NCBI GenBank assembly: GCA_963769935.1
Contig: CAVYNY010000022.1
Span: 32,001-96,000, forward strand
Origin: an uncultured delta proteobacterium
GTDB taxonomy: Bacteria > Desulfobacterota > Desulfobacteria > Desulfobacterales > JAFDCJ01
Reading direction: 5' to 3'
Length of the DNA: 64,000 nucleotides
Each line of letters starts with the position of its first letter. Within the stretch, counting starts at the first letter, position 1. This document shows positions 1 to 9,328 of the stretch, in pieces. The position numbers and the translations under genes were made by a program. The notes below the pieces were generated by a model, which saw nothing but the letters and a program-made list of their open reading frames with translations, ran no database searches and was not told where the DNA came from.

Positions 1-51
1 TATGTAGCTGGCAAAGACCAGAAAATAAAATCAGTCCAGCATCCGCTTTTG

Positions 52-158
52 ATCCCCAGTATTCCATTATTCCATGGGTTCTCGAACGGCCAACACCACC
101 CCTCCGGGGTGTAGTCAAACCCCGCCTTCGGCGGGGCCTCTGGATCCGGATCTTTATC
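52..158. repeat. Intergenic repeat with embedded CCCCGCCTTCGGCGGGG palindrome; related to 32460-32566
   Basis: AACGGCCAACACCACCCCTCCGGGGTGTAGTCAAAC resembles AAAGGCCAACGCCACTCCCGTGGTATGAAATCAAC near 32504; GC hairpin at about 120-136. Confidence 0.45.
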
Positions 159-280
159 GGTGTCCTTCCTTCATTGGATGTAAAGGGATTTTTTAAAGGC
201 ATCATCCTGATCACCGGCTGTTTGCCTTTCAGCGGCCTGCAAAATCTTGCAAAAGGATGTCTACAGTCTTTTGGAAGATG

Positions 281-302
281 GAATACATGATTGAACCCAT
301 AT
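281..302 (+). promoter_or_regulatory. 22-bp regulon box upstream of kinase 606
   Basis: GAATACATGATTGAACCCATAT; half-site GTCTACAG at 259 (22 bp upstream). Confidence 0.65.
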
Positions 303-605
303 TGTTTTAAGTTGTTTTTTTTCCAAAAATTAATTAGATAAAGAAGAACAGGATGCCGGCCGGGAAAATGACGGCGTCCGAATAGGGCGAAAAGGCAATC
401 CGGAAAGTGCCGCAGATAAAGACAGGCAAGAGAGTCACCAATTCGAATATGTACACGAGCTTTTCATATAATCAGATCGCCTGATTCAAAGGAACGGTGC
501 AATGGGCCATAAGAAAATGGTCCTTTTAATCGTTGCTGACAATAAGGCGATCCGGGCGATTAACGCATTCTGGCAATTGGCCAGGGTTCCGGAGGACACA
601 ATCAG

Positions 606-1907
606 ATGCCGGATAAAGCTAAGCCGCTGCATATTCTTCTGATCGAAGACAACGAGCACGACCGCATTGCCTTTCAGCGGGTTATAGAAAAGGAATGCGT
701 CGGTTGCGATCTTACGGTCTGTGAACGGGCTGAAGAAGCCGAGCACCTGCTGAAGCGTGCCGACAACGCCTTTGACATAGTGGTGCTGGATTATGATTTG
801 CCCGGCATGAATGGGCTGGATTTTTTTAAGATGGTGCGTCGGCAGCAGAATTTGCCGCCGTTTGTGATGCTGACCGGGGCAGGCTCGGAGAGACTTGCCG
901 TGAAATCACTCCAGGCGGGGATTCATGATTATGTGGTCAAGGACACCGGCTTGGGGTATCTAAATCTGCTGCCGGTGGTTTTGACCGGGGCAGTGCGCCG
1001 GCACACAAATGACCTGGCGCGTCAGGCCGCTGAAGCGGCTTTGAAAAGAGCCCACGCTGAGCTGGAGTCTAAAGTTCGCGAACGAACCGCCGACTTGGCC
1101 CTGACGGTTCAAGCGCTGGAAATTGAAATTGAAGAACGTCGTCAAACCGAGGCTGCGCTGCGCCAATCCCAAAATCAGCTGCGTAAATTATCGCAAAAGA
1201 TCCTGGATTCGCAGGAAAACGAGCGCAAACTGATCTCCCAGGAAATCCACGACAGTATCAGCGGCAGCCTGGCAGCCATCAAGCTGGCGCTGGAAGAAAA
1301 ACTCGCCTCCATGGGACGAAAGCCGGCCGCAAATGTAATTTCGCTGGAGAAAATTCTTTCCCACATCGAGGAAATCATTGTAGAATCCCGCAGGATTTCG
1401 GCGCATCTGCGTCCATCCCTGCTGGATGATCTGGGATTATTGGCAACCATAGACTGGCTCGGCCGTGAATTTGAGCAACTGCATCCGAATTTAAGAATTG
1501 AGCAGCAGCTGGATATAACGGAAGACCAAATTCCTGAAATGTTGAAAGTGGTGATCTACCGTGTGCTGCAGGAAGCGATGAACAATGTGGCCAAACACAG
1601 TGGCGCTACCAGAGTTCGCCTGCTGTTAGCGGCCCGGAATAATCGCATAGAGCTTACCGTTGCGGATAACGGCTGTGGATTCGATCCCGCAGAAATAAAA
1701 TCTTCCGAGTCATCGGCGGTCAGCGGATTCGGTTTGTCAGGCATGGTGGATCGCACCCAACTTTGCGACGGGAAGTTTAAGATTTCTTCGGAAAAGGGGA
1801 AGGGCACGACGGTACACATCTCTTTGCCGTGCGGTCCTGATTCGATCGGCGGTTCGATGCCATCCCCTTCACCTGAAAACAATGCCGCACTCCGCAAGTC
1901 CGGATGA
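606..1907 (+). CDS. Cytoplasmic hybrid histidine kinase: REC + HisKA_3 + HATPase_c
   Basis: REC motifs LLIEDNEHD/VVLDYDLPGMNG; H-box ERKLISQEIHDSISG; N-box QEAMNNVAKHS; DNGCGF; no TM segment. Confidence 0.92.
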   Translation: MPDKAKPLHILLIEDNEHDRIAFQRVIEKECVGCDLTVCERAEEAEHLLKRADNAFDIVVLDYDLPGMNGLDFFKMVRRQQNLPPFVMLTGAGSERLAVKSLQAGIHDYVVKDTGLGYLNLLPVVLTGAVRRHTNDLARQAAEAALKRAHAELESKVRERTADLALTVQALEIEIEERRQTEAALRQSQNQLRKLSQKILDSQENERKLISQEIHDSISGSLAAIKLALEEKLASMGRKPAANVISLEKILSHIEEIIVESRRISAHLRPSLLDDLGLLATIDWLGREFEQLHPNLRIEQQLDITEDQIPEMLKVVIYRVLQEAMNNVAKHSGATRVRLLLAARNNRIELTVADNGCGFDPAEIKSSESSAVSGFGLSGMVDRTQLCDGKFKISSEKGKGTTVHISLPCGPDSIGGSMPSPSPENNAALRKSG

Positions 1908-2055
1908 CACCCGGCAACCTTGTTCAAGTCTGTCTGCGAAATGCGTAAATAGTCACTTTTTAGCCGATCGAAGACCTCTCCCCATTAACCTTTTTAAATT
2001 CTATAATTTAACTTTCTGATTCCGATTCAGCCAAAATACATTTATACCTCGTGGC

Positions 2056-2077
2056 AAATACGGGATTTCCCTTATTT
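2056..2077 (+). promoter_or_regulatory. 22-bp regulon box upstream of kinase 2321
   Basis: AAATACGGGATTTCCCTTATTT; half-site AAATACAT at 2034. Confidence 0.75.
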
Positions 2078-2320
2078 CCTCTAGTGCCGAGCCGATTAAT
2101 ATTTACAATTGAGCTTGCAGCAGCGCGGTATCGAAAATCCCGCCTGCCATGCAAGGCCTGCGCGGGCAGGTTGTCGACGATGTTGACGACTGCTTGGATT
2201 TATTGAAATCTATTCAAATGATTTTGCGATAATGGCGCTGCCCCAAAGTGGCCGCTTCTTCCAAGCGTTGTCCCGGAAGGAGCATAGAATTTTCCTAAAA
2301 GATTATTCGAAGAATCAGCC

Positions 2321-3508
2321 ATGGCCGATATTACCCATAGTTCCGCATCTTCACCGATCAACATTCTTTTGATCGAAGACAATGAACACGACCGGGCCGC
2401 ATTTGCAAGAGCACTGCGCAAGTCGGAAAAGGCCTTTAGAATATCGGTGTGTGAAAAGGCCGAAAATGCGCTGCATAAACTCACGGCAGGCAAGGTGGTA
2501 TATGATCTGGTTGTCGTGGATTATGATTTGCCGGGGATGACCGGCATGGAATTTTACCGTCGGCTGCGGCATATGAATAATCTGCCGCCGTTTGTAATGC
2601 TGACCGGGGCCGGTTCGGAAAATCTTGCGGTCGAAGCCTTGCAGGCCGGTATGTACGATTACATCATCAAGGATCAGGGGCAGGGTTATCTGAAACTGTT
2701 GCCCCTAAAACTGGCGAACATCAAACAGCGTAAAAACGAGCGCAAGACCGGGCGCAGGGCCCAGGTGGAACTGAAAAAAGCCCATGACGAGCTTGAGAAA
2801 CGCGTGGCGACCCGCACGACCGAGTTGCTGCAATCCCAGATGCGGCTGCGGCTGCTGTCGCGCGAGATATTGGAAGCCCAGGAAAACGAACGCAAACTGG
2901 TGGCCCGGGAGATTCACGACAGTATCTCCGGTGACCTGGCGGCCATTAAAATATGTCTGGAAGAAAGACTGCACAGGATGAAGGGCAGACCCCTGGACGG
3001 CACCATATCTTTAGAAAAAATAATCGCCACCATCGACGATACCATTCATGAAACCCGCCGCATTTCAGCCTATTTGCGGCCATCGACGCTCGATGATCTG
3101 GGACTGGTGTCGACAATTGGCTGGTTTTGCCGTAGATTCGAAAAATATCACCCGCAAATTCGCGTGGAGCGGCGATTCGAAATTGAAGAAAATGACATTC
3201 CCGAGCAATTGAAAGTTGTTGTTTACCGGATTCTGCAGGAGGCCATGCACAATGTGGCCAAACACAGTGAAGCCGATCGGGTGCAGGTAGGTTTAGTGAA
3301 ATTTGGAAACGCATTAAGATTGAGCATTCAGGACAACGGCAACGGATGTGGTTTGGATTTTGAGAAAATCAGTTCCCACCCGCACCTCATGAGCGGGTAC
3401 GGTCTGGCCAATATGCAGAATCGAGCTGAAATTTGCGGCGGGAGGCTTAAAATCGCATCAAAGCCGGGAGCGGGCACATCCATTCACCTGACGTTGCCGT
3501 GCAGCTGA
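2321..3508 (+). CDS. Cytoplasmic hybrid histidine kinase: REC + HisKA_3 + HATPase_c (paralog of 606..1907)
   Basis: Shares ILLIEDNEHDR, DYDLPGM, NLPPFVMLTGAGSE, EIHDSISG and QEAMHNVAKHS-type motifs with 606..1907. Confidence 0.92.
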   Translation: MADITHSSASSPINILLIEDNEHDRAAFARALRKSEKAFRISVCEKAENALHKLTAGKVVYDLVVVDYDLPGMTGMEFYRRLRHMNNLPPFVMLTGAGSENLAVEALQAGMYDYIIKDQGQGYLKLLPLKLANIKQRKNERKTGRRAQVELKKAHDELEKRVATRTTELLQSQMRLRLLSREILEAQENERKLVAREIHDSISGDLAAIKICLEERLHRMKGRPLDGTISLEKIIATIDDTIHETRRISAYLRPSTLDDLGLVSTIGWFCRRFEKYHPQIRVERRFEIEENDIPEQLKVVVYRILQEAMHNVAKHSEADRVQVGLVKFGNALRLSIQDNGNGCGLDFEKISSHPHLMSGYGLANMQNRAEICGGRLKIASKPGAGTSIHLTLPCS

Positions 3509-3538
3509 ATCGCACATGTCACAGGTACTTTGAGGTGT

Positions 3539-4204
3539 TCAGTCTTTTTTCGCCACCAGACCATGCTCGATGGCATACGCCGTCAAGGCAGCTGCATTGT
3601 GCAGATCCAGCTTGTTCATAATGTTGGCCCGGTGCTTTTCGACCGTTTTTACGCTGATATGCAGCATGTCGGAAATTCCTTTATTTTGAAAACCTTCTCC
3701 CAGCATCTTTAGAACCTCTTTTTCCCGCTGGGTGATGGTGTCCCATGCTGTTTTGGATTTCAGCTTTTTGCGGCCGGTCATGTAGCCTTCCAGCACGTTT
3801 TCCGAAATCGACGGGCTGATATACCGTTTTCCCTGCAGCACGCTCTCGACGGCCACCATCAACTCACTGCGTCCGGCATCTTTCAGACAATAGCCGTCGG
3901 CACCGGCCTCAAATGCCTCCAGCACGTATTGGTCGGATTCATGGATGGTCAGCGCCATAATTTTTATTTCCGGAAATTGATTTTTGATTTCCTTCATTAC
4001 GGAGATACCGTTCATTTTGGGCATGGAAAGGTCCAGCAGCAAAAGATCCGGCCGGCATTTCTTGACAGTTCGGATCGCTTCAAGACCATCCCCGGCTTCT
4101 CCGATCACCTCCAGGTCGGCCTTGTCTGAAAGCAGTGATTTTAAACCTTCCCGGAACAGCTTGTGATCTTCCACAATGACGATTTTTGTTTTACCTTCGA
4201 TCAT
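3539..4204 (-). CDS. NarL/LuxR-family DNA-binding response regulator
   Basis: REC (IVIVEDHKLFREGL, LLDLSMPKMNG) + LuxR HTH (ITQREKEVL..ISVKTVEKHRANIMNKL). Confidence 0.95.
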   Translation of the reverse strand: MIEGKTKIVIVEDHKLFREGLKSLLSDKADLEVIGEAGDGLEAIRTVKKCRPDLLLLDLSMPKMNGISVMKEIKNQFPEIKIMALTIHESDQYVLEAFEAGADGYCLKDAGRSELMVAVESVLQGKRYISPSISENVLEGYMTGRKKLKSKTAWDTITQREKEVLKMLGEGFQNKGISDMLHISVKTVEKHRANIMNKLDLHNAAALTAYAIEHGLVAKKD

Positions 4205-4535
4205 TGAACCGCTCCCTTCAAGATTACGTCAGAAAAAAAATGCCGGAATGTCCACCTTCTGTTTATAAGACGACCTTCCGGCTTCAATGGCGGCGTTTTT
4301 CCTGGAAGCCACGTCGCGGCCGGCAGTGAAAACAAAAGAAGAAATCAGAAACCCAATCAGTATCAATCTGCAGCGAATTCTACATTCAGTTTTATTTACT
4401 CTAAGCTATAACCGAAATTATTGGGAAAGTAAATGACTCTCTTCATTTTGTTGATTTGGGGCGATCGACTTCAGAATTAATCATGACGGTCTGTTTAATA
4501 ATTTCAGCCACCTAATATTCAAACCTTCTCAATTA

Positions 4536-4557
4536 CAATGGGGTATACAATGTAGTT
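4536..4557 (-). promoter_or_regulatory. 22-bp regulon box upstream of NarL-type regulator
   Basis: Minus strand AACTACATTGTATACCCCATTG; half-site AAATACTG 22 bp upstream (4558-4579); weaker plus-strand box at 4567-4588. Confidence 0.6.
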
Positions 4558-4727
4558 GCGGGATAACTGGACAGTATTTAACTTATTTCCACAATGGTTA
4601 GCTGCGATCGGACTTGACGGAATAAATTTCGATTTTTAGTTTAGATCATAGTTAGGCAGTAATCCCAATCCTTCCTTAAATTGACCCAAATTTGGGCGGG
4701 AGGAATTTTAAAACACAAGGAGCATCC

Positions 4728-5072
4728 ATGATCGAGCAATATCAGGAAGGCAGCTATCTAAAAATAGACGGCACCCAGTATTTCAACGATCTAAAAATTA
4801 TTGACGGACGGGTGAAGGGGCGCTGGTGGCGAAGCCAAGGCCATCGGCTGCAGATTGAAGACATCTTTGATATTTTAGCTGCCAAACCGGAAATATTTGT
4901 TATCGGAACGGGGTATGCCGGCAATATGCGCGTGCCGGATGATGTCCGGTCCGACCTTGAACATAAAGACATCGGCGTCGTAACGGCTGACACCGCCCAC
5001 GCAATTGAGATCTTCAACCGGCTGTATGCGGAAGGCAAGCACGTCGCCGGAGCGTTTCACCTGACCTGTTAG
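4728..5072 (+). CDS. Mth938-like (DUF498) protein
   Basis: AAGGAG RBS; PEIFVIGTG..G.M and C-terminal AGAFHLTC typical of family. Confidence 0.85.
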   Translation: MIEQYQEGSYLKIDGTQYFNDLKIIDGRVKGRWWRSQGHRLQIEDIFDILAAKPEIFVIGTGYAGNMRVPDDVRSDLEHKDIGVVTADTAHAIEIFNRLYAEGKHVAGAFHLTC

Positions 5073-5482
5073 ATTGATTTTTTCATTTCCAATACATTTT
5101 TGCATTCACGGTAGTCATAGCTGACGTCATCCATCAACTTTCTGACCAAATGAATGCCGAGGCCGCCGATGTTGCAGTTTTCAAGATCATCATAGGTCAG
5201 CTCCGGTTCCGCGACGTTGAGGGGATTAAATGGCCGGCCGCTGTCTTCGACCCGCAGCACCAATGCTCCGTTAACCTGCGGTATGGCGCTGATTTTGATA
5301 AAATGATCTTGACAGTCCCTATAGGCATAGGCGATAATATTGGAAACGACCTCTTCCAATACAAGATTCGTTTCAACAATATACTTTTTCGAAAGGCGTA
5401 ATTTCCGTCCCAGTTTTTCAATGAACCTGTGAAGTTTGTCCAGCTCAGCCATATCGTTTCTGAGTTTTAATACCTCTTTCAT
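5069..5482 (-). CDS. RsbW-type anti-sigma factor / Ser-Thr kinase (HATPase_c_2)
   Basis: LEEVVSNIIAYAY, EDSGRPFNPL, GGLGIHLVRKLMDDVSY. Confidence 0.88.
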   Translation of the reverse strand: MKEVLKLRNDMAELDKLHRFIEKLGRKLRLSKKYIVETNLVLEEVVSNIIAYAYRDCQDHFIKISAIPQVNGALVLRVEDSGRPFNPLNVAEPELTYDDLENCNIGGLGIHLVRKLMDDVSYDYRECKNVLEMKKSI

Positions 5483-5569
5483 TTTTGCCTCACCGGTTGC
5501 GTCAAATCCATAGTAAATTTTAAAGGCTCTGTTTACATAACATTATATATCCCCGCCCGTGCCTGAATG

Positions 5570-5591
5570 AAATGGGGTCTGAACGGTATTT
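5570..5591 (-). promoter_or_regulatory. 22-bp regulon box upstream of RsbW-like gene
   Basis: Minus strand AAATACCGTTCAGACCCCATTT; half-site AAATACTT at 5592-5613; TATATAAT 20 nt downstream. Confidence 0.78.
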
Positions 5592-5781
5592 TTGACCGCC
5601 GGCGCAAGTATTTCTCGCCCTTAGACTATAGACCAAGCCTTGAGCCCGGCCGGCAGGTGACATTTACGATTCATGATTTTGCTGCAATGGAGCAACGACA
5701 GCGTTGAATCAGGCTTCGATATTCCGGCCCCGCGGTTTGCCTTCTGATCCGCACGACTGAAATACTGCCTGAAACCGTCAA

Positions 5782-5803
5782 GGATACATTCTATCCTTTA
5801 TTG
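5782..5803 (+). promoter_or_regulatory. 22-bp regulon box upstream of PAS kinase
   Basis: GGATACATTCTATCCTTTATTG; half-site AAATACTG at 5760. Confidence 0.6.
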
Positions 5804-5999
5804 TTTCAGTCGCTGTTAAGGATTAATTAGCAGCTCAGTAGGCGATTGCGGCGGTGAACAAGAGCGGAGCTGAACCCTGAAATCTATAAAGATCCCTCTT
5901 TTACAATGCTATCTGAAATCGGCCAAACTTGTTTTATCCAAACTCGGACGAATCAGAATACCAGAGCGCGACTCCAGAGCGATCAGGTAATTTAAAAAT

Positions 6000-8021
6000 A
6001 TGAAAAAACATATCGGCAGCCCCTCAAAATCGTCCGCTTCACCAAGAATCAAACGGAAGGATGGAATTACAGTTCAGGATGTGGACACCCCGGCAGCTCG
6101 ACGTCCGGTTGCGCATTCGGCGGCGGAGGCTGTCTCCGGGGTCGGGGTCGGCTCTTTCAAGCACAAGATCCTGGCGTCGTCCCTAAACGGCATATATATC
6201 TACAACCTGGCGACCGGCCTCAGCACCTTCATCAATCCCCAGTACACCCGCCTGACGGGTTACACCCTTGAGAATCTTCAGGCTTTGAAGGGCGCGGGAT
6301 TATTCGCATTGGTTCACCCGGAAGATCAAGAACGGACGGCCGCCCACAGGGAGCGTATCGGCCGGGCCGGCGATGATGAAACCTTGGAGATCGAATACCG
6401 TTTCAAACGCGCCGACGGACGCTGGATGTGGTGTTTGTCAAAAGAGGCTGTCTTCGAGCGCGACGGGCAAGGTCACGTGCTCCGGGTTATCGGCGCCTTC
6501 CTGGACATCACCGACCGCAAGACGAGCAATACAAAACTGCAACACGAGCGCGAGCTGCTGCAAAAGATCATTGACACGATTCCGATAATGATCAGCATTT
6601 ACGATCCGGACTTGCGGCGCTTCAGCTTCAACAACGAATTCCGGCGCACTCTGGGCTGGTCGGAACATGACCTGAAGGGCGGCGATGCGATGCAAAAATT
6701 TTATGCCGACCCCTCCGAGCGCGAGGCAGCGCGGCAGTTCATGGAATCCCTGGAAACCGGCTGGCAGACCTTTAAGGTGACTGCCAGGGACGGCGGCACC
6801 GTCGAAAGCTCGTGGGCCAATATTCGCCTGTCCGACGATACCCGGATCGGTGTCGGCATCGATGTCCGGGAACGCACGGCCCAGCTGAAAGCAACCGTGG
6901 CAGCCCTGGAAAACGAAATGCGGGTCCGCAAAGACTTGGAGAATAAACTTCGGCAGTGGTCGCGGGTATTCATGGACGCGGCTGATCCGATCATCATCGA
7001 GAACCTTTCCGGCACCATCATCGATATGAACCGGGAGGCGGAAAGAAAATTCGGATGGAAGCGTCAAGAGTTGATCGGCAAATCCATGCGCAGCCTGATC
7101 CCTCCCTCCGGGTATCAAAAGGCGGAGAGCCTGCGCGAACGCTGTCGCCGCGGTGAGGAGGTGCGAAGCTGGGAGGCTATTCGGCAGGACCAGAAGGGAC
7201 TGATTTTTTCGGTGCTGCTGACCGCTTTTCCCCTGTTGGATGAGTCCGGAAATATCATATCCGTGGCGACCATTGCCAAGGACATTACCTTGCGCAAGCA
7301 GATGGAAAGGGAGCTGGCAAAATCCCACAAGCATCTTCAGGAGTTGTCGCGCAAGAGCATCGAAGCCTTGGAAAACGACCGCCGGACCACCGCCAAGGAA
7401 CTGCACGACCGTATCGGCGCCAGCCTGGCGGCCATTAAATTCAGGCTGGAGGAGATTGTCGAGCAGATTGTCCAAAAGCCGAAAAAAGCGGCCGCTTCCC
7501 TCGACGAAACGGTTTCCAACCTGCAGACCGTCATCAAGGAGACCAAACAGATTGCGGCCCAATTGCGGCCCACCATACTCGATGACCTGGGTCTTTTGTC
7601 CACCATCAGCTGGCTTACGAGACAATTCTTAGAACAGTTCAGCGGTATTAAATTGAATTCGCAAATTGAGGTCCGGGAAGAAGATATCCCGGATACGCTC
7701 AAAATCGTCATATATCGCGTGCTGCAGGAATCCCTGCATAATGCCGCCAAACATAGTGAGGCCACCGAAGTTAACATCCGCCTGGATAGCGAAGCTGATC
7801 GCATTGTGCTTGAAGTTGCCGACAACGGCCGCGGCTTTGATGTCCAGAATACACTCAGCTGCGAGGATCCCCTCAGCGGGTTCGGTCTGGCGGGCATGAT
7901 AGAGCGCGCCGAGATTGTCGGTGGCTCCCTTACGATCGATTCTTCTTTCGGAAACGGTACGCACATCAAAATGACGCTCAACCCGGAGCCTTATAACGCC
8001 AAATTGTCGAACTCAGCCTGA
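6000..8021 (+). CDS. Cytoplasmic multi-PAS sensor histidine kinase (HisKA_3)
   Basis: Three PAS/PAC repeats (VHPED..EYRFKRADGRWMW; ..DITLRK); H-box ELHDRIGASL; QESLHNAAKHS; DNGRGF. Confidence 0.92.
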   Translation: MKKHIGSPSKSSASPRIKRKDGITVQDVDTPAARRPVAHSAAEAVSGVGVGSFKHKILASSLNGIYIYNLATGLSTFINPQYTRLTGYTLENLQALKGAGLFALVHPEDQERTAAHRERIGRAGDDETLEIEYRFKRADGRWMWCLSKEAVFERDGQGHVLRVIGAFLDITDRKTSNTKLQHERELLQKIIDTIPIMISIYDPDLRRFSFNNEFRRTLGWSEHDLKGGDAMQKFYADPSEREAARQFMESLETGWQTFKVTARDGGTVESSWANIRLSDDTRIGVGIDVRERTAQLKATVAALENEMRVRKDLENKLRQWSRVFMDAADPIIIENLSGTIIDMNREAERKFGWKRQELIGKSMRSLIPPSGYQKAESLRERCRRGEEVRSWEAIRQDQKGLIFSVLLTAFPLLDESGNIISVATIAKDITLRKQMERELAKSHKHLQELSRKSIEALENDRRTTAKELHDRIGASLAAIKFRLEEIVEQIVQKPKKAAASLDETVSNLQTVIKETKQIAAQLRPTILDDLGLLSTISWLTRQFLEQFSGIKLNSQIEVREEDIPDTLKIVIYRVLQESLHNAAKHSEATEVNIRLDSEADRIVLEVADNGRGFDVQNTLSCEDPLSGFGLAGMIERAEIVGGSLTIDSSFGNGTHIKMTLNPEPYNAKLSNSA

Positions 8022-8107
8022 GACAAACCGCGCCCTGCAGGGTGGGCCTCGCTCGATATTTTATTTCATAGCGGGCAATGCCCACCCTTCCGCGGCCGGA
8101 AAGGCCG

Positions 8108-8308
8108 TTAAGGTCTCTTGGCTGGTCGCTCCAGATTGCCCGTACGACCGTCGTCGCAGGGAGCATCTTCGTCCTGCAAACGAGCATGCTCCGCCCACTC
8201 CGGAGCTTTTTGGCAAATTGTATCTTCCGGGATGGTCACGCCGGTTTTCCCTTCAATGGTCTTGGGCTTATCGGATTTTTCACCGGTTGATTTTTTCTTG
8301 GAGCTCAA
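8108..8308 (-). CDS. Small hypothetical protein (C..APEWAEHAR..D..PCDDGR motif)
   Basis: GGAGG RBS 8 nt before TTG; follows DksA-BON gene on the same strand. Confidence 0.6.
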   Translation of the reverse strand: MSSKKKSTGEKSDKPKTIEGKTGVTIPEDTICQKAPEWAEHARLQDEDAPCDDGRTGNLERPAKRP

Positions 8309-8367
8309 TTCATTTTCCTCCCTTTAGTCAAAGTTGGCCTGTCAGTCCATTTTGGCCGACCGGCAGG

Positions 8368-9138
8368 TCATTCCCGGGTGTCCTCGGGTGTCAGTTCATC
8401 CGGCGGCGTCATCGGTACGTTGTCCGACAGGGAGGTGTAGGCATCCACCTGCTCATCCTCACCGTCCATCATGATATCTTTTTCAAGCTTTTCCGATATG
8501 GGCGCGGGAGTCCGTTCCCGGCGTTCCCAAGGCTGGCGGTCGATTTTTATATCGTCAACGGTTTCGTCGAAGTCCAGTTTGTCGTTGATGATTTCGAGCA
8601 ATATTTCATGCTCCGCATTGCTGGGAAGCACGCCGCTCAGGTATACGACACCGTCCTCGCAGGTGATGTCGAGTTCCTCCATATCCACCCGACCGTCCTC
8701 CTGCAGCGCATCATGAATGGTTTCCTGCATATCATCGTCGGTCAGCGCTTCTTTGTCCAGCGAGACCGCAGGCGACTCAATTCCTCCTTGGGCAAAAGAT
8801 TCCCTCATGCCGGCACACGGAACACAGTATCTGGCCCAGGGTACCACCTGCAGACGCTTGACGGAAATGGGCCTGCGGCAGGCTTCGCATTGGCCGTATC
8901 TGCCTTCATCCATTTTAGTCAGGGCATGGTCGATTGCGCGAAGCTCAGCCTGACCCCGTTCATCCAGCTGCGCCAATTCGCGGGACAGGGTTTCCTTGCT
9001 GGCGGTTTCTTCGAGCTCTTTTTCCGGCTCGTGCAGGGCCTCCCAGGAGGTATTGACCGTGCGCCGAAACTCAAAGATGTCCCTGCGGCGATCCAGCAAA
9101 TTTTCCCTGAGCGCCCTGATGTCTTTTTTGCTTAGCAT
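8368..9138 (-). CDS. TraR/DksA C4 zinc-finger protein fused to BON-like domain
   Basis: Coiled coil + YGQCEAC..RL.VVPWARYCVPC; then IHDALQEDGRVD..ITCEDGVVYLSG BON-like segment; GGAGG RBS. Confidence 0.82.
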   Translation of the reverse strand: MLSKKDIRALRENLLDRRRDIFEFRRTVNTSWEALHEPEKELEETASKETLSRELAQLDERGQAELRAIDHALTKMDEGRYGQCEACRRPISVKRLQVVPWARYCVPCAGMRESFAQGGIESPAVSLDKEALTDDDMQETIHDALQEDGRVDMEELDITCEDGVVYLSGVLPSNAEHEILLEIINDKLDFDETVDDIKIDRQPWERRERTPAPISEKLEKDIMMDGEDEQVDAYTSLSDNVPMTPPDELTPEDTRE

Positions 9139-9280
9139 TTAAACCTCCTTCAATGAGAACTCCCGGCCGGATCCGGGCCGCCGCTCATAGTGATCATTGA
9201 ATATTTAAAATTGAATGTCTTTGATTTGCCTGCGGCGGATCAATTTTCATTACATTACTTATACATTCCATTTGCTGAAT

Positions 9281-9302
9281 AAATGGGGTCAATCCGGTAT
9301 TT
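9281..9302 (-). promoter_or_regulatory. 22-bp regulon box upstream of DksA-BON gene
   Basis: Minus strand AAATACCGGATTGACCCCATTT; half-site CAATACTG at 9303-9324. Confidence 0.8.
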
Positions 9303-9328
9303 CCTCCACCCTTCGACAGTATTGAAGG

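Noticed and set aside
6438..7625. 395-aa minus-strand ORF and similar long antisense ORFs (8218..9135, 22789..23808, 19150..19968)
   Set aside because: Antisense shadows of well-supported genes in GC-rich coding DNA.
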